8,524 nucleotides of DNA, from positions 1 to 8,524 of the forward strand of contig BBVC01000111.1 of assembly GCA_001192655.1 (NCBI GenBank), in the 5' to 3' direction. The stretch is from Caedimonas varicaedens (lineage in GTDB: Bacteria; Pseudomonadota; Alphaproteobacteria; Caedimonadales; Caedimonadaceae). The notes below the pieces were generated by a model. That model made no database searches. It was not told the DNA's origin and worked only from the letters and a program-made list of their open reading frames with translations. Below are positions 1 through 6,871 of the stretch, piece by piece (positions within the stretch are counted from its first letter, which is position 1; the number at the start of each line of letters is the position of its first letter). Both the position numbers and the translations under genes were made by a program.

Positions 1-279
1 TTTGAAGTCCGAACTCACCTCATCTACAATATGAACGCTTGTTTTGGGCAACAGGAGAAGATTGAGAATCAAATAGGCAGGAATAAAATAATCCCGGGCG
101 AGAATGCCCATACTGCCCTTGTAAATGGCCTGCAAGGCTGCCCATAATCCTCCAATGGCCAGAGAGAGCTTGACCACACCGGTGAGATAGGCAGAATCAC
201 TTTTAAAAAACAACGCGAGTCCGTTAAAGATTTTCCAGAGGATTTCTCCTCCCCCGTACGTGTAAATGACGTAATCCAT
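1..279 (-). CDS. traG: F-type conjugative transfer protein TraG, N-terminal part only (continues past the left edge)
   Basis: Minus-strand ATG at 279-277, 11 nt after the traH stop, preceded by AAGGA plus a 5-nt spacer. The translation MDYVIYTYGGGEILWKIFNGLALFF...LLLLPKTSVHIVDEVSSDFK stays open to position 1. It resembles the F TraG N-terminus as I recall it (VYVIAGGEWL..NAIAAF and VRTSVQIIDN blocks, with hydrophobic segments between). The position directly after traH matches F gene order. Confidence 0.85.
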   Translation of the reverse strand, partial: MDYVIYTYGGGEILWKIFNGLALFFKSDSAYLTGVVKLSLAIGGLWAALQAIYKGSMGILARDYFIPAYLILNLLLLPKTSVHIVDEVSSDFK

Positions 280-290
280 GGGTTTCCTTT

Positions 291-1790
291 CTAATCCGCT
301 CGTGCGGCCAATGTTTGTTCATGGGCTTGAATCATTTGGGTCAAACGCCAGAGCGCTTGACCATCGGCACTGGAGAGAAGCATTTGAATTCTGCTTCTCA
401 TAGACTGCACATTGTTCTTGAATCCCTCAAGGGTTCCGCTTTCCAGTTGAACGCTTTGCAGATTGTCCAGAGCTTCCAGAATATCTGCAGAGATTTTATC
501 AAATTGACTCAAGAGAACACTCACCGCGATATATTCGGAGGTATCTTCCATGATGAACGGGGTTCCTATGGCCGCGGCAATCTGGATATAGCGATAGACG
601 GGAACATTGACGGCATCATTCAAAAAAGCTTGTTCTGCAGGAATGAGGGCTTGATTGTCCTTATACTTTCGCCACAGATCCTGAATCATTTTAGAGGTCT
701 TGGCTTTCATGCTTTGAGGACTGTTGTTGTCATCCTTGATATAGATTTCTCCCAGCTTGGGATTCAAGCAGCGTTCGTTTTCATCACAGGCATAACGGGC
801 GGTTTTACCCCCCTTGAGATAGGCCGTGAGGTAATCCTGCTGATCGGCTTTGCCTTCGATGGTATGAATCTTGAAACGTCCTTCTTTTTCTTGTCGAGAG
901 ATGAGGGTTCCCACGGTGGTCATGATAAAAAAACAAAAGTCCTGATCGTCCTTGTACTGGGGCATCTTGCGCAGGACGTGCCAGGTGAGGTTGTATTCTC
1001 CCTGCAAGAGATCGGGCGATTTCTTGCGTACGTCCGCGGTCTTTTTATCCGCCGCGCCGTCTTTTTGACAGTGCTTTCGGGCGCCAAACCAATCCTCGCC
1101 GCTTCCTCTCATAGAATCCTGACAGATAATCTCACTGGCCGCGGTGCCGGTGGGCAGGAGACCGCCCACAATATTCTGGGACATCTGACAGGAATCCAGC
1201 ATCATATTGTTCATGTCCTGAACGGTTTTACGGATTTGCGCCATGAGATTCTCCAACTGGGGCGCCATGGTCTTCATGGCCAGCTGAAACGCATAGGTGG
1301 GAATGCCCGAGGCCATCGACCGTAAAAGCTGCACCATCTCTTCGCCTTTAATGGCAGAAATGGAGCCAAAATATAGATCAATACCCCCACATCCCATGCC
1401 CAGATGGGGAAGGCTGACGTTAAAGGGAGACACGACCTTGTTCTTTTGACGCATGACCACACCACCTCCGGTATAATATCCTGCCGCCTGATCCTGAAAC
1501 CCGCCAGGGGTGGTGACATTCACCTCTCCCCCCAGAGATTCAAACATCTTTTGCAAAGCCGTGGCGTGAAGAGGAGCAGAGAGAAAACAAATCCATCCCG
1601 TCATCAAGATGAACGCTTTGGACAGTGTCTTGAGGCTCTTTTGGATGAGAGAGCAAACACTGTCTCTTGCGAACAGCTTGTCTGCTGTCCGGAATGAGAC
1701 GGTGCCATCTTCTTGACCCAGACTTTTTGAGGGTGAGATCATGTTACTCTTTGATAAGAACGAAACCACGGCTGTTCTTTTACGGTTCAT
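291..1790 (-). CDS. traH: F-type pilus assembly / mating-pair protein TraH
   Basis: Blocks TPGGFQDQAAGYYTGGG and LPHLGMGCGGIDLYFGSISAIKGEE match the F TraH blocks QGQAAGYASGG and GCGGIDAYLGSFSFINGEQ (from memory). Overall length is similar to F TraH. I chose the ATG at 1790 because GGAAGGAGGAA sits 8 nt upstream and the start overlaps the traF stop (1780-1782) by 11 nt. The ORF-track ATG at 1832 has no comparable SD. The hydrophobic signal-like segment AFILMTGWICFLSAPLHA begins about 58 residues after this start. Confidence 0.92.
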   Translation of the reverse strand: MNRKRTAVVSFLSKSNMISPSKSLGQEDGTVSFRTADKLFARDSVCSLIQKSLKTLSKAFILMTGWICFLSAPLHATALQKMFESLGGEVNVTTPGGFQDQAAGYYTGGGVVMRQKNKVVSPFNVSLPHLGMGCGGIDLYFGSISAIKGEEMVQLLRSMASGIPTYAFQLAMKTMAPQLENLMAQIRKTVQDMNNMMLDSCQMSQNIVGGLLPTGTAASEIICQDSMRGSGEDWFGARKHCQKDGAADKKTADVRKKSPDLLQGEYNLTWHVLRKMPQYKDDQDFCFFIMTTVGTLISRQEKEGRFKIHTIEGKADQQDYLTAYLKGGKTARYACDENERCLNPKLGEIYIKDDNNSPQSMKAKTSKMIQDLWRKYKDNQALIPAEQAFLNDAVNVPVYRYIQIAAAIGTPFIMEDTSEYIAVSVLLSQFDKISADILEALDNLQSVQLESGTLEGFKNNVQSMRSRIQMLLSSADGQALWRLTQMIQAHEQTLAARAD

Positions 1791-2877
1791 GAAAGGTTCC
1801 TCCTTCCAGAGCTTTGAGGATGGTTGAGACATTGTCCAACAGCTGGGACGGGGTGGTCATGCCAAACGCCACGGGGATCACCCGTCCTGTGGGGGGATGT
1901 GCCAGAAACAGGGCAGGATAAAGCCCTTGGGGATTGATCTTCTGACTCATGCCGTTGTCGGGAACGGCATCAGGAAATTCTTTCAAGGTTCCCCCGTCTC
2001 CAACGGCTTTGACGTCAAACCCGTATTCCCGGGCAAACTCTTTGACCACAGGGGCAAAGGCATGACAGTAAGGACACTTTTGCTTGAAGAGAAAAAACAA
2101 GCCTGTTTCCTTGGCGAGGGAGCGCAGCTTTTTGTGCAGGTCTTTTTCTTTTTGTGCTTGCAGGAGTTTGCGGTGAAGGGGGGTGCCGTTATCTTCCGGT
2201 CGTTTGTGCTGACCTTCAAACAGGGACGCCTGCATCCACCTTTCCTGAAACTTTGTCGACCTCTCGATAATCTGACGTTGGAGGGTCATGACGTTTTGCA
2301 CGTGGGCAAGGGTGGGATTGAGAATAGCCTGGGCGGTGGCTTCGTCAAAATCCTGCTGAATCTGTTTGATTTTTTGTTGGGCTGTTGGTAGAGGAGAAGA
2401 GGGTGTTGAAGAGGATACCCGCTCTTTGTCGCGTGCGTAAGGGTTAGTCTTCAACGCCTTTTTATCTTCTTGTTGATACCAGAACCATCCCTCTTCATGT
2501 TTGCCGTAAAAAGGCTTGCTGTGAGCATGACAGAAGAGACAGGCACTCAAACAGATCAAGATCTGTAGCAACAATCCCCACGCCTTGACTTTCCGCACTC
2601 TTGTGTCTTTTGCAGACCAAAGCCTTTTGGACAAAATGTGAGAGGATTCAGTGGGTTTATAAAGGACGAACTCTAAAAAATAGCCTGCTTTTATCCTGAG
2701 TCGATCGTGTTTCAGAAAGAGTAAAAGGTTCTCGGTGTTAACTTTCTGATAACAATTCGCCAGACACTGTCTTGCAAAAGCTCTGCTTGCCCACAGGAGA
2801 TGCAGGATAACGCTCGACAATTTCTTGCCCATGACAGACAAGTGACCGATCACAAAGAATCGTCTAAAATACGGCAT
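1780..2877 (-). CDS. traF: TraF-family thioredoxin-fold pilus assembly protein with an intact CXXC (CPYC) motif
   Basis: EGWFWYQ follows a signal-like segment (F TraF has AGWQWYN at the same place). GLFFLFKQKCPYCHAFAPVVKEFAREYG and YPALFLAHP match the TraF/TrbB thioredoxin-like region. The ATG at 2877 has AAGGAG 10 nt upstream and overlaps the traN stop by 14 nt. An in-frame GTG at 2598 would give MRKVKAWGLLLQILICLSACLFCHA... and a canonical-length protein of about 272 aa. The start is unresolved. Confidence 0.87.
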   Translation of the reverse strand: MPYFRRFFVIGHLSVMGKKLSSVILHLLWASRAFARQCLANCYQKVNTENLLLFLKHDRLRIKAGYFLEFVLYKPTESSHILSKRLWSAKDTRVRKVKAWGLLLQILICLSACLFCHAHSKPFYGKHEEGWFWYQQEDKKALKTNPYARDKERVSSSTPSSPLPTAQQKIKQIQQDFDEATAQAILNPTLAHVQNVMTLQRQIIERSTKFQERWMQASLFEGQHKRPEDNGTPLHRKLLQAQKEKDLHKKLRSLAKETGLFFLFKQKCPYCHAFAPVVKEFAREYGFDVKAVGDGGTLKEFPDAVPDNGMSQKINPQGLYPALFLAHPPTGRVIPVAFGMTTPSQLLDNVSTILKALEGGTFHEP

Positions 2878-4675
2878 CTTTTTGCGTCTCCTTGAGTTTT
2901 TGCAAGGGGGGTTTGGGTTCCTTGTTCATGAGGGGCATTCTCTGGCTCCAGTCTTGTTTAAAATCCTGTGAGAGTTTGGTCATATTGGGCGCCTTGAATT
3001 TGCCGGTGAGTTCGGAGAGTAATTCCGAGAGATCGATCTTCTCAAAGTTGAGCTTTGTGAGTTCTTCCACCGTAAAGCCCCGACATTGGGGATGTTCGGC
3101 ATCGCCAAACGTCATCTTCAGTTGAGGTCTGCCCTGTTCATGGATGAGACGCGCCAGCTTGGTGCCAAAACAGCAGAAATTGGATTTCCTGCGCACACAA
3201 ACTCCTAAGACTTTCTCCGCGCAATAGGTTCCCACGAAAACGCATTTCTTGTCTTGACGCAGTTGACCCAGGGCTTTTTCTTTTTCCGAACAGCCCGCAA
3301 CACCCATAGAGACGCCCCAGCCTTTGCCGGTGCCGCAGCAATCCTTAAAATCGACACAGTTGCGGTTGCAGCCATATTCCGTTCCTTTGAAGATGGAGGG
3401 CGTTTTGAGATCCATATCTTTTTGAATCTCCCGAAACAGCATGAGTTTAGAAAGAGCTTCCGCCATATCCTTATTGGCAGCAAAACCCTGCTCCACACAA
3501 TTGCCGTCCAGACACCACGGAGCATCCCCTTGTATCTTTGTTTTCTTGCCACCTCCGTGACGTTCAGTGCATTCATAGGTTTGCGCGTAATGAACGCAGG
3601 ATGTGCCGACCATCTTCTTGCACTGGGACTTGATCTGTACGCAGCCTTTGGCTTTGAGTTCACCGCAGGTATTCTTCACAGGATAAGCACACTGATACGT
3701 CAGGGTTTCCTGCCAGCAGGGACGGGTCACGGCAAAACCATTGATGACCCGCGTTGCTTTGCCCTGAGTACATTTTTTGTCCACATAAGAACACAGTCCC
3801 AAATTGAGCTTGTCTTCAAACACAGAACAGTCGGACGTCCAATTCTCACGGATATCGCCGTTTCCTAACGCACCGCTGTTGTATTCCTGCTTTGAAATGG
3901 ATGTTGGGTGTTCACCGGGAAAAGCTTTGGAATAAGAATATTCATGGGTGACCCAATGACCATAAGGATTGCAACCGTCATGGAATGACCATGCCATCTC
4001 TTTGAGAGACGGATCCACCACATAAAAATTGTATCGTCCATCATGTCCTTTTTTATATACATAGGGGCAAGTGTATTGAGGATTACCCTTGACTGTATAA
4101 CGCTTGAAAATAACGCCTTCCAGATGACTGCGATGGTATTTTCTCTCTTTTTTGACCGTTTGCACATTCAGATTACGGGTGCAAGTCAAAAGATAGGGTT
4201 CTCCCTCTTCATCACACACCTGCCGGGTTTTAACCTCTTGCACGGGGTCGTCAATGTCGGTGGCTTTGACCTTGAGGGTCGACAAAGGATCGTCCACAAT
4301 CTTATCCGATTCTGTAAAGAGGGGGTCTTTCAGGGGGTCAATCTTGAATCTCAGGCGTTGATCGTGGCTCTCGTGGATAAACTGCCCCACACTGCCTTGT
4401 TTTTTCATCTGCTGGGTGAGAGCGCCCTGAATATTCCCCGAAGACAAACCCGCTTCAGGGATATTAGCTCCCTTAAACCCCGGAATATCTCGAGCGTCTT
4501 TGGGGTGAGGTGCCTGATGTTGTGCGGCAAAGTCTTTTCCTGTCTCATAATTCTTGACCTCACTGGCGTTCAGAGGAGACAGAGCCTGAAACAGGAGGGT
4601 CAGAACAAGAGCGGAGAATCTGTTCAGGAAATATCTCTCTTTCAAGAGTATCCAACGTTGACCGGGACGTTTCAT
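2864..4675 (-). CDS. traN: Mating-pair stabilisation outer-membrane protein TraN (cysteine-rich)
   Basis: 603 aa, close to the roughly 600 aa of F TraN. N-terminal signal peptide: FSALVLTLLFQALSPLNA. The C-terminal half has many Cys. Blocks CCGTGKGWG, VGTYCAEKVLGVC, NFCCFGTKLARLIHEQGRPQL and HPQCRGFTVEELTKLNF parallel the F TraN C-terminus (CCDSKGWG, VGSYCSKKVLGKC, SKLAQIVQQQGRNGQL, HPDCRGITVDELQKIQF, from memory). The start ATG at 4675 forms an ATGA overlap with the upstream stop. AAAGGA lies 8 nt upstream. Confidence 0.93.
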   Translation of the reverse strand: MKRPGQRWILLKERYFLNRFSALVLTLLFQALSPLNASEVKNYETGKDFAAQHQAPHPKDARDIPGFKGANIPEAGLSSGNIQGALTQQMKKQGSVGQFIHESHDQRLRFKIDPLKDPLFTESDKIVDDPLSTLKVKATDIDDPVQEVKTRQVCDEEGEPYLLTCTRNLNVQTVKKERKYHRSHLEGVIFKRYTVKGNPQYTCPYVYKKGHDGRYNFYVVDPSLKEMAWSFHDGCNPYGHWVTHEYSYSKAFPGEHPTSISKQEYNSGALGNGDIRENWTSDCSVFEDKLNLGLCSYVDKKCTQGKATRVINGFAVTRPCWQETLTYQCAYPVKNTCGELKAKGCVQIKSQCKKMVGTSCVHYAQTYECTERHGGGKKTKIQGDAPWCLDGNCVEQGFAANKDMAEALSKLMLFREIQKDMDLKTPSIFKGTEYGCNRNCVDFKDCCGTGKGWGVSMGVAGCSEKEKALGQLRQDKKCVFVGTYCAEKVLGVCVRRKSNFCCFGTKLARLIHEQGRPQLKMTFGDAEHPQCRGFTVEELTKLNFEKIDLSELLSELTGKFKAPNMTKLSQDFKQDWSQRMPLMNKEPKPPLQKLKETQKDAVF

Positions 4676-5202
4676 GCGGGATGTCCTTTCGTCAGATAGT
4701 GGATCAAACGTTGGCGGTAAAGGCTCTGACGCCTCTTGTCTCCTGAATGATACAGCAGCGCGGCTTTCATCCAGGATCGCGTCGTCTGGCTGTGATGGCG
4801 CAAGAGACGGGCTGCATAACGTAAAGAGGTTTCAGGCGACAGGAAATCTTGAGGACTTTTAAACTTCTTACCGTGCCAGAACCAGTTGATCTGGGCGCAT
4901 CCGATGTCGATATGGGTCACGCCCTTCTTGACGATTTTGTCCAGATGTTGTTCGGCTTCTTGCCGTGTGGCAAAGAAATGGGGTCGTCCCTGAACATTCA
5001 GCGTCCACGGATGAAACCCGCTCTCCACGTACGTCACACTCTTGAGCAGATTCACAGGAACACGCTCTTGCCGGGCAATCTTCTCCAGGAGAGCAAACGA
5101 AACCTTTGGCGGGGAAGAGGCCTCAGAAGAAGAACAAAACGCCAGAGATAAAAGACAAGCCATCTTGCACCCCCGCTTGACGAACAAAACACTCTTGCTC
5201 AT
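4672..5202 (-). CDS. SLT-domain (GH23-like) lytic transglycosylase, the peptidoglycan-cutting accessory enzyme of the T4SS
   Basis: Motif SVTYVESGFHPWTLNVQGRPHFF carries the E-S catalytic signature (Glu codon at 5023-5025). It is followed by HIDIGCAQINWFWH, the equivalent of the G-L-M-Q-I/V-N block of soluble lytic transglycosylases. N-terminal signal-like segment: MACLLSLAFCSSSEA. ATGA overlaps occur at both ends (5199-5202 with trbC, 4672-4675 with traN). GGAG lies 7 nt upstream of the start. Confidence 0.85.
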   Translation of the reverse strand: MSKSVLFVKRGCKMACLLSLAFCSSSEASSPPKVSFALLEKIARQERVPVNLLKSVTYVESGFHPWTLNVQGRPHFFATRQEAEQHLDKIVKKGVTHIDIGCAQINWFWHGKKFKSPQDFLSPETSLRYAARLLRHHSQTTRSWMKAALLYHSGDKRRQSLYRQRLIHYLTKGHPA

Positions 5203-5990
5203 ATCAATTCTCCCTGCCGGGTCAATTTCTCCCGGGCATCACGAAGAAAGATGTTCCCTGCCAGACGGTCATGCCCTTCTTTGATGGCGCCTTCAGATGT
5301 CACCCTGCAGCGGATAAAGGTGGGAACCCGTTCCACCTCAAAAAGGTCAAACAGGGTGGGATCAATGTCCACGGAAATCTTGAGTTCCTGCAGGCGCGTC
5401 AGGGTCGTTTTAAAGCTGTTGTCCAAAAGTCCCCGAATGACCAGACGGGCTTTTAGCTTACGCTGACCTTCGGTTGTTTTTTCTGCTTCCATGGCCAGTT
5501 GTTTTAAACTGGCCTCCGGCATGCCCAGAGAGACAAAGACCAAAAGCTCTTTGGAAACAGTGGGGGATGTCAAGGCAGATGTCCGAGATGGCAGAGACTT
5601 CATGATTTTTTGCTCTTGCACAGACGCATCTTTTGTTGCACTCTTTCCATAGGATGCGTTCTTGTCCTTCCTATCTTGTGCTAACGTACGAAGAGAGCGC
5701 ATCCGACAACTCCCGCAGCTTTTTGACGCATTAAGCACAGGTTCCGGTATCCGTCTTTCTCCAAAACCAAAGAACGATTCCACGGGCTTTTTGATCTCGC
5801 CTGGATGGTTGAAGTAATCCTCAACTTCGGGGATTCCTTCTGTCAAAGCATCGTCCGCCTTATCCATGAGAGTGCGGGCATCATCACCGTAGAGCTTCAT
5901 GGCCTTGTCCATCTCTTCCTGCTGCCCTGGAAAGACAGAGGACGTGAGAAGCAGGAAAAAAGCGAAAGTCAGATAAGATTTGAGAAACAC
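5199..5990 (-). CDS. trbC: F-type pilin/pilus assembly protein TrbC
   Basis: The C-terminal block LLVFVSLGMPEASLKQLAMEAE...LVIRGLLDNSFKTT...VDIDPTLFDLFEVERVPTFI matches the F-type TrbC signature (vFvSfsMP....L, vlRGl, IDP.lF..y.i..vPt). Signal peptide: MFLKSYLTFAFFLLLTSSVFP. The start is a GTG at 5990 (codon read directly), with AAGGA 8 nt upstream. Confidence 0.85.
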   Translation of the reverse strand: MFLKSYLTFAFFLLLTSSVFPGQQEEMDKAMKLYGDDARTLMDKADDALTEGIPEVEDYFNHPGEIKKPVESFFGFGERRIPEPVLNASKSCGSCRMRSLRTLAQDRKDKNASYGKSATKDASVQEQKIMKSLPSRTSALTSPTVSKELLVFVSLGMPEASLKQLAMEAEKTTEGQRKLKARLVIRGLLDNSFKTTLTRLQELKISVDIDPTLFDLFEVERVPTFIRCRVTSEGAIKEGHDRLAGNIFLRDAREKLTRQGELI

Positions 5991-6013
5991 AGGATGATTC
6001 CTTGTACGTTGAG

Positions 6014-6316
6014 TTAAGCCATCAATTTGATAAGCTTAGGGTTGATGGTGGGGAAAGGTGAACATGAATGATTCCTTAGGCTTGACGCCAGTAAGAAAGA
6101 TTTTGTCCCTTTCCCTTTATGTTTTATAACCGAGTAGTATCTTAGGAACCCTTCAAGGGATATCCAGTGTTTGCAAGGCTGGTTAAAACATTGAACATAT
6201 TTTCTTGGCATCATTGCCTTGAATAAAATCCTGATCAAACCACTTCGTGATAAACCACGAGGTGGCTTGATTTTTGATTGTTTAAAGCATTTAAGAGTGC
6301 ATGCTGGATTAAACAT
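6014..6316 (-). CDS. Hypothetical small basic Cys-containing ORF (100 aa), doubtful
   Basis: A 100-codon ATG-initiated open frame inside the AT-rich gap, with its TAA stop 23 nt upstream of the trbC GTG. A frame this long is unexpected by chance in AT-rich sequence. However, there is no SD before the ATG, no recognisable motif, the composition is odd (very K/R-rich), and a stem-loop (6240-6265) lies inside it. Confidence 0.2.
   Translation of the reverse strand: MFNPACTLKCFKQSKIKPPRGLSRSGLIRILFKAMMPRKYVQCFNQPCKHWISLEGFLRYYSVIKHKGKGTKSFLLASSLRNHSCSPFPTINPKLIKLMA
6240..6265. terminator. Stem-loop in the traU-trbC gap, a possible weak intrinsic terminator or attenuator
   Basis: CCACTTCGTG-ATAAAC-CACGAGGTGG forms a 10-bp stem with a 6-nt loop. 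As plus-strand RNA it has one G.U pair. As minus-strand (operon-sense) RNA it has one C/A mismatch. Operon-sense RNA continues UUUGAUCAGGAUUUUAUU after the stem; plus-sense RNA continues CUUGAUUUUUGAUUGUUU. The T-runs are interrupted, so function is unproven. Confidence 0.25.
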
Positions 6317-6423
6317 TTTTATAAATCTTTCTTGACTCGCAACGTAGTATCTTTCATTTTGCAGCAGGATTTGTAGATGGATATTTTAAGCATGATGAAT
6401 AATCTCCCTAAAGAACGAGAACG

Positions 6424-6843
6424 TTAAGACTTCCGCGCCTTTTGATCTTTCAAACTCTTGCGACTCCAACCTTTTCCAATGAGTTGACGCATTTGTTCAT
6501 TTTCTGCATCGGTTAAATATTTTTGTGCTGTAGAAACAAGATGACCCAACATGACATCACGACGTTCCCGTTCTGCTTTTGTTAAAGGAATATCAACTTT
6601 AGATTTGACATCAGAATGCATATCTTCAGGGAGGCCTTTAAGATTCTCCAGTCCCGTTTGAAAGGCACGTTGTGATATTCCTGCTTTCTTTTCATTTTCT
6701 CCAGATTGTTGAGCGCATTTACCAAAAGTATCTTGGGCGACATTCCCGCAATCAGGCTTCTTTACAGCGTCTTCGGCTTGCACGATATTCAGTGCAGAAC
6801 AGATGAGACCCAAAGCAGTCAGAGTTTTTAAAGTTGTTTTCAT
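6424..6843 (-). CDS. Secreted/periplasmic small charged helical protein of unknown function (139 aa)
   Basis: ATG at 6843 with AAGGA 7 nt upstream; the ORF-track start at 6864 is a TTG. Clear Sec signal: MKTTLKTLTALGLICSALNIVQA|EDAV. The mature part is rich in K/E/Q, has two Cys near the N-terminus, and has LTKAE and LTDAENEQMRQL motifs. It starts 28 nt after the traU stop. I recognise no F-plasmid counterpart. Confidence 0.7.
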   Translation of the reverse strand: MKTTLKTLTALGLICSALNIVQAEDAVKKPDCGNVAQDTFGKCAQQSGENEKKAGISQRAFQTGLENLKGLPEDMHSDVKSKVDIPLTKAERERRDVMLGHLVSTAQKYLTDAENEQMRQLIGKGWSRKSLKDQKARKS

Positions 6844-6871
6844 TTTCTTTTCCTTTTCTTTCAATGGTTTA

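Noticed and set aside
315-1325. Long plus-strand ORFs at 315-1325, 1897-2391, 3254-3868, 4043-4699 and 6803-7867.
   Set aside because: Each lies entirely antisense to a minus-strand gene with strong Tra-family sequence blocks. Their translations are low-complexity (G/R/L/H-rich) with no recognisable motifs. Several start at non-ATG codons (315 is a TTG). I treat them as shadow ORFs.
1791-1832. ORF-track start of traH at ATG 1832 (513 aa).
   Set aside because: It has no SD in front. The AGGAGG at 1799-1804 is correctly spaced for ATG 1790 and would lie inside the coding sequence of the longer form. I kept 1790 and cannot exclude 1832.
6844-6864. TTG start at 6864 for the secreted protein (MKEKEKK...), and TTG start at 8335 for the traU frame.
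   Set aside because: Direct reading shows both are TTG codons. The purine-rich stretch after 6864 serves better as the SD (AAGGA) for ATG 6843. Starting at 8335 would overlap the upstream ORF by 70 nt with no SD.
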